This document shows, one piece after another, positions 10,180-21,500 of a DNA stretch of 64,000 nt. The position numbers were made by a program, and so were the translations under genes. Every line of letters begins with the position of its first letter. The stretch's first letter is position 1. The DNA is taken from contig CAVUWV010000027.1 of NCBI GenBank assembly GCA_963745075.1, forward strand, positions 1 to 64,000. The letters run 5' to 3'. The notes beneath the pieces were generated by a model. That model had not been told where the DNA came from, did not search any database, and saw only the letters and a list, made by a program, of their open reading frames with translations. The stretch comes from Candidatus Hydrogenedentota bacterium. Lineage in GTDB: Bacteria; Hydrogenedentota; Hydrogenedentia; Hydrogenedentales; SLHB01.

Positions 10180-11418
10180 GTGGCAAAGTTCGCATATAAG
10201 GCGATGAACCGGGACGGCAAAGAAGTCTTCGGCGTCATCGACGCCGAAAGCCAGGCCCTGGCGATCAACGACATTCGCGGTTTGGGTCTTTATCCGACAA
10301 CCGTTCGTGACGCGCGAAAGAGCGACGAGCGCCGCGCCCGCAAGCAGAAGAAGGGTATCGGCGACATCTACTTCGGCGGGATCAAGACCAAACAGTTGGT
10401 GATCATGACCCGTCAGTTGTCGACGCTGATCGACGCCGGCCTGCCCCTCCTGCGGAGCATCAACGTGCTGATCGCTCAGCAAAAACCGTCCAAGCTCAAG
10501 GACGTGCTCACGGAAATGTCGTCCGACATTCAGACCGGTGCGACATTCTCCGAATCCCTCGCCAAACATCCCAAATACTTCGACCGGCTCTTCGTGAACA
10601 TGGTTCGCGCAGGCGAAGTCGGCGGTATGTTGGAAGTTGTGCTGAACCGGCTTGCCGTGTTCATGGAACGCCGCGAGGCCCTGAAACGCCGCGTCAAAGG
10701 CGCCATGATCTATCCCATCGCGGTATTAACCATCGCGACGGCGATCGTGTTGTTCCTGCTGTCCTACGTGGTGCCGGAATTCGCCGAAGTGTTCAAGGAT
10801 TTCGGCGGCGAGCTTCCCTGGATGACCCAGTTCCTGATCAAAGTCGGGGACTTCCTGCGGTTCAAGTATTGGAAATTATTGCTGTACTTCAACGGCACGA
10901 TCATCTTCTTCAAGATCCTGTTCAAGATTAAATTCACCAAGCGGGTTACGGACCGCGTGTTCCTGAAACTGCCGTTGATCGGCGATCTGGTCACGAAGGT
11001 GGCCGTTGCCCGCTTCTCGCGTACACTCGGCACCTTGATTACCTCCGGCGTGCCCATTCTGCAGTCATTGCGCATCACCAAAGAAACCATCGGCAACGAA
11101 GTCATCGAAAACGCCGTGCAAAAGGTTCACGACAGCATCAAGGAAGGCGACACCATCGCGGCCCCGCTCGACGAGGCCAAGGTGTTCCCGGCAATGGTTG
11201 TGAACATGATTGATGTGGGAGAAGAGACGGGCAGTCTGGACTCGATGTTGATGAAGGTGGCCGATATTTACGACGCGGAAGTCGAGGTCGCCGTGGAAAC
11301 TATGCTGCGATTGATGGAACCGGCGATGATCGTCATTCTCGGGTTCATCATCGGCTTTATCGTAATCGCGCTGTACCTGCCTATCTTCACGTTGGCCGAC
11401 GTGATCAGCGGCGGGTAA
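10180..11418 (+). CDS. pilC: Type IV pilus/T2SS inner-membrane platform protein PilC/GspF
   Basis: Two T2SSF domains (RQLSTLIDAGLPL; AGEVGGMLE; GEETGSLD) and LEP/LYLPIF end. Confidence 0.95.
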   Translation: MAKFAYKAMNRDGKEVFGVIDAESQALAINDIRGLGLYPTTVRDARKSDERRARKQKKGIGDIYFGGIKTKQLVIMTRQLSTLIDAGLPLLRSINVLIAQQKPSKLKDVLTEMSSDIQTGATFSESLAKHPKYFDRLFVNMVRAGEVGGMLEVVLNRLAVFMERREALKRRVKGAMIYPIAVLTIATAIVLFLLSYVVPEFAEVFKDFGGELPWMTQFLIKVGDFLRFKYWKLLLYFNGTIIFFKILFKIKFTKRVTDRVFLKLPLIGDLVTKVAVARFSRTLGTLITSGVPILQSLRITKETIGNEVIENAVQKVHDSIKEGDTIAAPLDEAKVFPAMVVNMIDVGEETGSLDSMLMKVADIYDAEVEVAVETMLRLMEPAMIVILGFIIGFIVIALYLPIFTLADVISGG

Positions 11419-11470
11419 ATGCAGCCATGGCGTGGCTGCGGGAGCCCGCTGTACAAGGAGACAGGTGGAC

Positions 11471-12229
11471 ATGAAACGCAACGAAGCTTTTACGCTGGTG
11501 GAGCTGTTGGTGGTGATCGCAATCATCGCGATCCTGGCCGGCATCATCCTCCCCAACGTGCCCAGATATATCGCCAAGGCACGGATGGTCCGCGCCTATG
11601 GCGAGGTCAAAAACATCGACCTCGCCCTCACCAAGATGTTGACCGACGCCAACCGTCAGGATTTTCGCAGCGGATTCTTCGACGCCTATCCGAGCGAAAC
11701 CTTCGGCACCGCCGTGGACACGTATCAGAATGTGTTCTACATTCTGCTGCGGAAAGGCAAAGCGGCCGAGGCCGATCCGAAATGGCCCGGGGGTGTCGTC
11801 ATCAACACGGACGTTAAGCGCAAGCTTGGTTCGCAGTACATGGACCTGGCCGCCGACCCGTGGGGCCAGTTGTATTACTTCTATCCCGGGCCGTGGCGCG
11901 ATCCCAATGACGAGTTTGGAGGTCGTGTGCCGTTCCGGATCTATTTCCCCGATCTTTCCGTACCGGGTGGTCCCGTCACGGATGCCGACTCGGTCACGGG
12001 TGTGGTAGACCCGGACGATCCGGACGGCGAGCCCTTTGACGTTGGCTATCCGGCTGCCCGGGATCTGACGGTGTACGTGTGGTCGTCCGGAATGAATCTC
12101 CTCGTCAACCAAGTGGGCTATCCCAACTACGACGGAGACCCGGCGGAAGTCGGCCTCGACTTCATCGGGGGCGGCGACGACATCAACAACTGGGACAACG
12201 ACCAGAGCTGGCAAGGGTTTTACAACTAA
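11471..12229 (+). CDS. Major (pseudo)pilin, GspG-like
   Basis: A/FTLVELLVVIAIIAILA signal; DPWGQLY and VWSSG...GGGDDINNW GspG-type motifs; RBS AAGGAG upstream. Confidence 0.8.
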   Translation: MKRNEAFTLVELLVVIAIIAILAGIILPNVPRYIAKARMVRAYGEVKNIDLALTKMLTDANRQDFRSGFFDAYPSETFGTAVDTYQNVFYILLRKGKAAEADPKWPGGVVINTDVKRKLGSQYMDLAADPWGQLYYFYPGPWRDPNDEFGGRVPFRIYFPDLSVPGGPVTDADSVTGVVDPDDPDGEPFDVGYPAARDLTVYVWSSGMNLLVNQVGYPNYDGDPAEVGLDFIGGGDDINNWDNDQSWQGFYN

Positions 12230-12324
12230 GCTCGGCACGGACGTTGCGCCGCCATCGGGAACGGCGCGGCAGCAGGATGCATGGATGAGGACCTGCGGGT
12301 CCTGGAGTGGATAAGGTGCAAGGA

Positions 12325-13098
12325 ATGCGACATAGGCGCGACGGCTACTCGCTCGTCGAACTGCTCGTCGTGATGGCGATATTCGCGGCGCTGGTCGGCC
12401 TCGCGCTTCCCGCGATAAACCGGGCCGGCGGATTCCTGGGCGACGATCCGGACCTGGCCGCCCGCGAACTCTACGCCACGCTGCGCGCGGCCCGTGTCTA
12501 CGCCGGCACCTACCGGGTGGACACCGCCGTCGTCTATGGGTTGCGATCCGGAAAGCTCGACGGTACGGGTCCGGACGTGCTCTACATCGACTCCTACGGA
12601 ATCGCTCGGCAACTGAACCCGGACGAGCGGGAAGCCATTGGTGTGCCTCGAGACAACGAAGGCGCGTTCATGATGGTTCAGAACCGCGAGGCCAGTTTCC
12701 GGAAACTCCCCGAGAACTCCTGCATCCTGTCCATCGACAACAACTACGACCCGACAGTGGGCATAGCGGCCGACGGCACCGCGCGTGAGGGTTTTCAGTT
12801 TATCGAACTCTACACCGACGGTGGCTTTGTACCGCCGATCGTGACGTTGCCGGGAGGGGGCGATCTCTTTCCCGCGCACGTCTTCACCGCTGCCGGATTC
12901 ATGGAACCCCAATCTTCACCCGTGGCACGTTTCACGATCAACGTGGCAGTATCACCCGAGGCCTCACCGGATGAACGGTATACGATCCTTCCCGGCGACG
13001 AGGACGAAACGGGGACGGTGCTGCCCGAGGGTCAGTTGAAAGTGCCAGTCCGGATCGAGCTGTTCCGGACAACGGGGCGGGTGAAAATGACTTCGTAA
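12325..13098 (+). CDS. Minor pilin (GspH/FimT-like)
   Basis: G/YSLVELLVVMAIF; AARELYATLRAAR helix; C-terminal IELFRTTGRVK. Confidence 0.8.
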   Translation: MRHRRDGYSLVELLVVMAIFAALVGLALPAINRAGGFLGDDPDLAARELYATLRAARVYAGTYRVDTAVVYGLRSGKLDGTGPDVLYIDSYGIARQLNPDEREAIGVPRDNEGAFMMVQNREASFRKLPENSCILSIDNNYDPTVGIAADGTAREGFQFIELYTDGGFVPPIVTLPGGGDLFPAHVFTAAGFMEPQSSPVARFTINVAVSPEASPDERYTILPGDEDETGTVLPEGQLKVPVRIELFRTTGRVKMTS

Positions 13099-13108
13099 GG
13101 AAGTGACT

Positions 13109-13534
13109 ATGTATCGAGTATTACGAGAAGAACGAGGCTTTTCGCCGATCGAAGTGTTGATTGCCATGGCCATTCTCGCCATCGGGATTCTCGCGGTGAT
13201 GAAGCTGTTCCCGTCGGGGTTGCGCGCGTCGCGCGTCGCCCAGGAACGCACCATCGCAGCCGAACTCGCCGATGCGAACCTCGGCCGGCTCCGCATGACC
13301 GGCGCCAGCAACGTGCTGGGCATGGCGACCGCCGCCGCCATTTATAACACCAGCACGGCCGCTGGCGTGTACCTCGACGGCCGCATCGACACCGACGGCG
13401 TTATCGACGGCTATTCGACCGTGGTCTCCCGTGTAGGCGGCCCCCTGGATGAGAACCGCGTGCGCCTGGTCTTTTCCGTCGACTTCCCGGACGGACGCCG
13501 CGAGAACTTTGTCACCTACGTGACAGATTACTGA
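13109..13534 (+). CDS. Minor pilin (PilV/GspI-like)
   Basis: G/FSPIEVLIAMAILAIGILAV; short protein. Confidence 0.8.
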   Translation: MYRVLREERGFSPIEVLIAMAILAIGILAVMKLFPSGLRASRVAQERTIAAELADANLGRLRMTGASNVLGMATAAAIYNTSTAAGVYLDGRIDTDGVIDGYSTVVSRVGGPLDENRVRLVFSVDFPDGRRENFVTYVTDY

Positions 13535-13560
13535 TGCCGTTCGGAACCGGGGCGCAGACC

Positions 13561-15126
13561 ATGGGTCGTACGCAACGAAATCGAGGGTTCACCCTCACGG
13601 AACTGCTGGTGGCCACCGCCATCTTCGCGATCATTATGTCCGCGATCGTGGCGTTGTTCGTGGCCAGCGTTCGCGCCGTAAAGTCCGCCTATCTTGCCAG
13701 CGACGCGTACGAGACTTCCCGCGGCGCGTTCTCCGTAGTCGAGCGCGACCTCTCCACCGTGTTCACCATGCGCGACTACGGCGACTACTACCAGTTCTTC
13801 GGCACCCCCGAGGGCATGACCATGATCGGCGTTATCAGCCGCCCGCCGAAACCGGGCGAGACGATCACCGCCGAACTCAAGAAGCGCAAGACGCTGGGCC
13901 GCATTACCTACGTGATCTTCCCCGTGACCGTGAAATACAAGACCTCACCGCAAACCAATCCCGGCGATTTTGCCGTCACGGATCCGTTCGACCTGCCCCA
14001 GCTCAACACGCGGCCGGTGCCGATCCAATACCTTGACGACAAGGGCAACGCCGACCCCACCGACGACACGATCGAAGACGGGCTCGTCGGCACCGTGGCG
14101 CTTCTCCGGTTCATCGAACCCGGCGTCGAAGATTTGGATACCTATCCCTTCGACTGGAATAACCTCATCAACGATCCCGAAGTGGGCAACAGCATCAAGG
14201 AAGAGTTGGATACGTCCATCGCCAACCAATACGGGATTCCGCAGGATTCCAGCGACCCGAACATCCTCATTCGCTTGAATTCCGTGGAGCGGGAAAAGCT
14301 CGCCGCCAAGAAACGGGAACTCTGGATCCGCATGCTGGCGGGTCAGGAATACTGGATCCCGCTGTTGCAGGGGTTTGCCCCAAATCTTCCGAACGTATGG
14401 GCCGACGGCTGGTTGGACCCCGATGGCAACGCATTGAATCCGCGCGATTACGTCGTGGCCGAGAATATCGGCGTGGCGACGCCGGTGGGCCAAGTCCACA
14501 CCATTCCGTTGTTTCCCATGCAAGTCTTCGGTCCGACCTCGGATCCGGTGCGCAGCGTTTTTGTGATCGGCAATGTGAACAACTCCCTCAATACGGAGTT
14601 GCCCTCCGGCGTCCCTCTCGTAGACGGCACGCTGGAGGTGAAGACGTACCTCAACGGAAAGTTGTTCGGCACGACGCCCGTGACCATTACGCCGACCATG
14701 AGTCTTAGCGATCTCAATGACGCGCTCGGCGGCGTACCCGGCATCTATTCCTACGTAAGCGACGGGACGATCGAAGTGGGGCCGATCGTGAATTCGGACC
14801 CGTCCGGCCAATTCAGTTTTACGTTCGGCGGCGACACGAGCGGCGTGTTGCAGGCCCTCGGCTTGTACTGCCAGTTTTTCCGGTACGGGCGCGTTTTGGC
14901 GACCTCCGCATTGGACATCCGGCCCACGTGGAACTCGGATGTGAATCTCGTCAGCACGAACAATGTGGGCAATCCGCTGACCCCGCGCTTGCCCGAGATC
15001 GTCGCGTTGCGGTTGCCGTTTGCCTACGAGCGCCCCTATCCGACGGCGCCCCAGTTCGAGCGGAATTTGGAACAATTGATCGACGTGCCGACCGCGTACA
15101 CGCGCACGGCGCTATTTAAACCCTGA
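13561..15126 (+). CDS. Large minor pilin (PilW/GspJ-like) with inserted domain
   Basis: G/FTLTELLVATAIF; 'VERDL' helix; C-terminal WNS...LPEIVALRL as in GspJ/PilW; ~520 aa. Confidence 0.8.
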   Translation: MGRTQRNRGFTLTELLVATAIFAIIMSAIVALFVASVRAVKSAYLASDAYETSRGAFSVVERDLSTVFTMRDYGDYYQFFGTPEGMTMIGVISRPPKPGETITAELKKRKTLGRITYVIFPVTVKYKTSPQTNPGDFAVTDPFDLPQLNTRPVPIQYLDDKGNADPTDDTIEDGLVGTVALLRFIEPGVEDLDTYPFDWNNLINDPEVGNSIKEELDTSIANQYGIPQDSSDPNILIRLNSVEREKLAAKKRELWIRMLAGQEYWIPLLQGFAPNLPNVWADGWLDPDGNALNPRDYVVAENIGVATPVGQVHTIPLFPMQVFGPTSDPVRSVFVIGNVNNSLNTELPSGVPLVDGTLEVKTYLNGKLFGTTPVTITPTMSLSDLNDALGGVPGIYSYVSDGTIEVGPIVNSDPSGQFSFTFGGDTSGVLQALGLYCQFFRYGRVLATSALDIRPTWNSDVNLVSTNNVGNPLTPRLPEIVALRLPFAYERPYPTAPQFERNLEQLIDVPTAYTRTALFKP

Positions 15127-15136
15127 GGAATAAGTA

Positions 15137-15420
15137 CGAAGCACGAAATCCGAAACAAATGGAAGAAAATTCGAAATTCGAAGCACGAAATCCGAAACAA
15201 ATTTGAATGACCGAAATGGGGAAATGACCGAAACGAGGATTCTGGTGAGCCGTTTATGTCCGTGACCGTCCGTGCGTGTCCGTGTAGGTCCTAAATGACG
15301 GAAACGAAGATTGTCTTCGGCTTGTCGTAAATAAAGCGAGTGACTTGCCAGCCGCGACGGGTCGTTTGAGACATTTGAATTTTGAATTTGTTTCGAATTT
15401 CGTGCTTCGGATTTCGAATT
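15137..15420. repeat. Inverted-repeat element built of 7-nt microrepeats (CGAAATT/CGAAGCA/CGAAATC/CGAAACA)
   Basis: 24-nt direct repeat at 15137-15160 and 15179-15202; ~40-nt arms 15168-15207 and 15381-15420 are near-perfect reverse complements; internal 10-nt GTCCGTG-period repeat at 15258-15291. Confidence 0.9.
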
Positions 15421-15545
15421 CTCTTTCGGGTGTTTCGATTTTGGATTTCAATACGCGCGGCATTCGGGGTGCCATCGGGCAGGAACGCAACCAAAACGGC
15501 CGGCGCGTTGTAGGTAGGAAGCCGGATCGACAAAAGGTAGCGAAG

Positions 15546-18500
15546 ATGACACAGGGATCAGAGAACCGCGGCGCCGCCCTCATTATTGCGGTCGCCATAT
15601 TCGCGATACTGCTCGCAATCGCGCTGACGTTCTATTCGTCAAGCCGCATCGAATTGCAGCAGGCGACCAACGTGGAGAACGGCTTTCGCACGGAACTCGT
15701 GACCAATGCGGGCACCGCGCAGGCCGTGTCCATGCTGCAAAACGATCTGGTGCTCTATCCCAACGCGACATCCCTCGACCATCCCTGGAATTCCTTCTTT
15801 AACGGCGCCTGGATCGCGGGCAAACCCTGGGCCTTCGCCGGCGGCATACCCTGGTCGCCCGATCCCACCGACGCAACCGCGCCGTTCGATCGACTCGCCA
15901 CCCCCCGCGTGGTCTACGACGACGTGTTGAATCTCCGAGGCGAAATTACCGCCGGCGTGCAGTCGGCCCTCTCGGCCAACGACCTGTCGCGCGTGGCATG
16001 GCTGCAGGGGGCCCGTGCGCCCCTGTACATTCCCCGGTTTCAACTGACCCCGACCCTCGCCGCGCTGGAATCCGGCGGTTTCGTGGTGCAATACGCCTTC
16101 GATCAAAGCGCCGTCGATTCCACCTTCGACCCCAGCCGAGACGGGATCACTCTCGGGGTCCCGCTGACGCCGCAACAGCAAATCGCCCAATGGGCCGACG
16201 TGGACAATGACGAAGACGGGTTGCCGGATTCCGTCTGGATTCCCGTGCCTATGGAGGAGATCTACGGCGGCGCGGATAAGAACGCGAACGGCGTCATCGA
16301 GGTTGACGAAGGCGGTGACGGTATCGACAACGACCTCGACGGGTTCATCGACGAAGACGCTGAGACGGCGGTCTTCGTCTATTGGGGCGGCAACGACGGA
16401 CTGGACAACGACTTTGATGGCGCGGTTGACGAAGCCGACGAACAAAAGCTGTTCCTGACGGCGCCCATCGTGGATCAGGACGGCAACTCCATGTTCGACT
16501 CGATTAACGTCCAGGTAAACCAGGACGTGTTGAAGGAATTCATCGGCGTTCCGACGAGCGATCCCAACATTACCACGACCGTTCAAAACGACTTTCGCAC
16601 GGGCTTCGGCGACGTGGATGCCATCGACAACGACTATTCCATGATCGTGAGCGACTCCCGAGGGTACGCGTACGACTATCTGAATGGAAACGCCCCGCCG
16701 ACGACCGACGAGGAACTCAGCTACGCGGCGCAGCAGGCGACCAGGGCCTACAACGTCATCGACACGAACATCTACCCAACGATTGCGCCGTACCAGGTCG
16801 TCTCGTCCAGCGGCGAACCCGCTTGCACCGTCGCCGGCCGCGTGGCCGTGCTGATTACCGACGAGTCCTCCAAGATCAACCTCAACACCGCGGCCGGAGA
16901 GGCGGTCGGGCCGGGCGGCCAGACCCCCGCCGACGGCGTGCGCTTGACGTGGGCCGCGGACCAGGGCATCGGCACCCAGGAAGTGGACCTGCGCAGCCTG
17001 CCCAACTTCGATGTGTTCACCGCCGCCCAGACGGCCCAGTTGCGCAACGGCTCGCCCGACGGCGCGGCGCCCTTCGCGCTCGACACCAACCTGGATGCCA
17101 CGCCCTACGATTACGACATCGCCTTGCCCGGCTACGGCGGCGTGGACGACAACGGGAACGCGCTGACCCTCTCCTTAAACGGCATCGACGACGACGGCGA
17201 CGCCCCGTACTACCTCTACGACGGCATCGACAACGATTTCGACGGCGCCGTAGACAATCCCGAAGAGTACTACGTGGGCGTGGATGAACTCTGGGAGGGG
17301 ATCGACGAACCTGCCGAGCATCAGTTGTTCCGCCCCTTGCGCAATCGGCTGGCTGAAACGGACCGCATCGACAACGATCTCGACCAGTCTGTGGACGAAA
17401 TCGGCGAGTTCGGCGACAAGGTGTTCCGAACGAAAGACCAGGTGCTTCAAATCAGTAACATCGGCGGCAGCAAGGCCGGTTGGGTCGGAAACAGCATCAC
17501 CACCCAATCCACCGACCGCAACGAACGCTTCCAGTACTACACGCGCGACGAGTCCGCCAACATCCTGCAGCAGATCTTGCCGCCTACGAGCGGACTCAAA
17601 CTAGACTACAACTACGCCCTGGCGGAGAACATCGCCCGGGCCCTCCAGGAAGACTGGGATTACCCCGCCTTCACGGATCTGCTGGTGTCGATTCCCGAAA
17701 CGCGCTACGCCGACGGCCTGCGCCGCGAAGACGCCAACATCGTCAATGCGCCGTATGGCGTGCTGGACCCCGACTCCGGCTTCATCGTCTTCGAAGCGGA
17801 CCCGGAATTGCGTTCTTATCAACTGGCCCTCAACGTGATGGAAGCGCGCGACCGCGACCACGCGGGGAACGAAACGGAAGTGCGCACGCCGGACCGCTGG
17901 TGGTACCAAGACGTGGGCGCCGACGGTGATCCAACAACGGAAGCCCCCACAAATGACGCCTTTGGCGAAAAGCGGCAAATCCGCTATCGCATGCGCGGCT
18001 TGGAAAGCATCCGAATCACCGAACTCATGGTGCGCCCCGTGCGCCGCGTCGAAGCCGAAGCCGATCTGTTGGATCCGCTCGTCCCGCAACAGTTCAACCC
18101 GAATGTGTTCAGCGATGCGGCGGGGCGACCACGTGGTATCGCGATTTTGACTATGAATACGAGACCATCCGGGATCGCTTACCAAGCGCGCCGTTCAACG
18201 GGACGTTTGACTGGGAGCAACGATGGTGTCGACATCTAGGGACCGGTGAGTTATTCGTACCGATTCAACGTTGGTTAACGATTCAGGAGTACAGCGGCCG
18301 AACATTATCCAGTTCAAGTTTGGACCAAGCCCCAACTTCCTCCGGGTCGATACTACCTGATGATCGATTCGCATCTGACGCGTCCGGTCAGCCCGACGGT
18401 TACCGATCCCGGCGATTTGGACTTCGTCGTCAAGTATGCGACCGACGCGGCACCGGACACGGACATTCTCGAAGACATCATAGCGGGTACCGATCCGTTT

Positions 18501-21500
18501 ACGTTCCCGACCGCCGGCGAGCCGCAGATCGGCTATCAAAAAGGCGACGATCCCTTGGCTGCGACCTATCCGCCGAGCGGCTGGGTGTTTTACCCTACGT
18601 CGGTCGCGGATGAACGGCCAACATGCCAGCCGGAGCGAAGGATATGCAGGAATCCCCGTTTGCGCGGGCAATCCAAAGAATGAAGCATTTACCGTCGTGA
18701 TTCCTCCTTACTCGGACGCCCGGACCAACCAGCGTTTATCTATATGTCGCCATTCAGAAGGCGAAGATGATCCCACCGACCCACCCTTGGCAGTTAATTT
18801 CTTCGATTTCAGTCAGGAACCCGACCACGAGTGGGTCGAAGTCAGCAATATCGCCGAAGATCCGAACGGTGTCGAATTGGCGGCTGGCAATTGGAGGTTG
18901 GCGGCGACGAGGACGACGCAGGCCGGCGCTTGTTCCAGGTTCCGCCCAACACGACCATCGCTCCGGGCGGTACCCTGCTGCTCGGGTTCAACAAATACGA
19001 TGTCGGGTCTGAGTTCTTTCAACAGAACGCGACTTCCCGATCCCCCCGCAGGCGTCCCCGACTACCGCGGATTGCGTGATTTCAACAAGAACGGTATCGG
19101 CCTGGTTCGGGGCCCCGTGACGGCCGCAACCTACGATTTGCGAAGCATCTCCGAGCCCCCGATTCCGCGCTACGCGGCCCCAATCGCGACCGGGAGAGCC
19201 CGGTTTCATAGCAAACGTAATATGGGGCGCTCCCGCTTGCGAATCCGGACGCCGATAGCGTGTTTTTCCGTCGAGCGGATACCGACTTTGTGGATCGCGA
19301 TGGAAATGGTGTCGCGGATACGGCCCCCACGCCAGACGACCTGGTGACCTCGACGAACGACGTAGCGCCACCGGGGATCACCACCTTTGACACCGCAACC
19401 ACGGACCCTGCGACCAAGGCCTGGGACCGCATCGTTGCAGCTCGAGCCGATACTTTCGGATGAATTGCGGGCCGTGAGCGCGAGTGAAGGCGACCAGCTC
19501 CTCAATGTCGCGAGGATGGTGCTGGGCGGCGGCGTCTTGCCAAACTATCCCGAGTTCGACCTGCTGGACAACGACGAAGACAATCGGTCCGTGCTGATGA
19601 ACGACCTTATCGACAACGACGGCGACGGCGTGATTGACGAGATCGGGGAAGGTATCGACGAAGGCCGGTTCCGCCGCGAAAATGGTCTGGTCGTCCCCGG
19701 CTCGTACGCGGCGGGCTCGTGACGGATTCCAGTGGGCGGGTCTTCGGATTCTCGGGTACCCCGGGCTACATCGCGGCGTTCCCAAGTTATCCCGATTGGA
19801 AGAACTTCGTCGAGCGGCGGTACTACCCGGGCGAGAGCGTCATCGTCACCTTGTACGACGGGCGGGCCGAAGCGGGCCGGATTGCCGACCGCGTCACCTA
19901 CACGCAAAACGACGTGGAGAACCGCTCCGTCGACGACGAGGTGGTCTGTCCGTACGATCCGGGTGAATTGCCTGACCCAGCCTTCATTACCGAATGGCCG
20001 GCGAACACGATGGGCATTGATTTCTACCGGTCCCTCGAGCGCCGCGATCCCCTGGACAATGGGGACCGTTTCGGCACCCAGAACCGGTGGCTGGCCACGG
20101 ACGGCAACTACGACGACTGGCATTGGGGCACGAACCGGTTCTATACCGATAACTCGATGCGGCACGCCCGGTGCTCGCGTCCATTCTTAACGTGCCGCCC
20201 ACCGGACCCGCGTCCGAATACGACGGGCATCTCGCGGGCCGCATTTCTTCAATCATGGCATCAGCGGGTCCCCCTTGCGGCCGAATTACTTCCAGCGCGT
20301 TCTCGAAGGGCCGGAACCTGGCGACCCTGGCGCGCGGCGTACGATCGACGTCGATCCCGACGTCGGGCCCAATGTACTGGACTTTCGACCGCGCCAAGGT
20401 GCGCAACCGCCAATTGGCGTCCCTGGGCGATCTCATGACCGTGCCCCATCTCACCTTGACGAAGACCCTGGGAACCAACGCCTACAACCTCCTCGGCGCC
20501 GAGACCATGACGGGCTCGACCGACCCCATCACCGGCGATTTCGTCACCGGCGCCATGGTGGGCCGGGACTATCCGAAGGATTTGCGCGCCTTGCTCGAAA
20601 CCGGTCGGCTGGACTCGATCGTGCTTAGTGTGGCCACGGCCGACTTCTATCCCTTGTATCCGAGTGTTTCGGCGATCCAGTCCGATCAATCGCTCGTGCA
20701 ATGGTCCAGCTTGCCGCCCGCCGCTTCGCTGGGGCTGGCCCCGCGCGGCTGGTCGCCCGTCTTCCTGACGCCGCTGGCGCCCGCGGGCGCCGAGCCTCCG
20801 GGCAATACCGTTACGACCGATGCGCTGGCCGTGCCGGCGTTTTATCCGCAGTTGAAGGATTGGACGTATCCCATCCAACTCAACTTCCTGTTGCAACCCA
20901 TCGTCACCTATCCGGGCACGGTGCCGGCGAATTATTTGCAGGATCCCGCCAGCCCGGCGCCGCGTTGGCCGCTCGAGAAGCGGGCCGTCATGTATGTGTC
21001 TTCCAATCCGCCGGACTTCGATCCGTACTCCGCCGATCACCAGACGGCGACGCCCGGGGGGCTCACCACGGATTATCCGTCCGAAGCCTTGTTTGTGTGG
21101 GACGGAGACGACGGCCTGCCCAACGGCGAATACGACGTCTACGTCGTCACGCTGGACGACGTAGACGGCCTCGTGGCGCCCAACACGCAAATCGCGGCCG
21201 CTACGACCGATTTCACACCGTCTTTCGTCGCACGGGCGCAAGCCGCCGACCCGAGCGTGACCGCGGTCGATGTCGCGGTCCTGACCGACACCAACGGCGA
21301 CCGCCGCGTCTGGGAAGACACGGGCAACCTGTTACCGGACACGAACGAACTCGGCCAGACCCCGGGGCTTCCGCGTCCGGAGAACTACGGGTTGAAGACC
21401 GGTCTGACGCCCGCGAGCGACGGTTCCATCCACTATGGCGTCGTCAAAGTCGAGAACAACTACCTGGCCGTGTTCGTGCGGAACTGGGCCCCGGCCGGCA

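Noticed and set aside
8191..10569. 792-aa minus-strand ORF and similar long antisense ORFs (e.g. 6978-8546, 25665-27128, 59912-61687)
   Set aside because: Shadows of well-supported + strand genes in high-GC DNA; no recognisable motifs.
13139..13156. Pro at +3 of the PilV-like pilin (GFSPIE)
   Set aside because: One base from the usual Leu codon (CCG vs CTG) in an error-prone assembly; G-1, F+1 and E+5 are intact.
15137..15202. 24-nt direct repeats as a mini CRISPR array
   Set aside because: Only two copies with an 18-nt gap, internally periodic, part of an inverted repeat; no cas genes.
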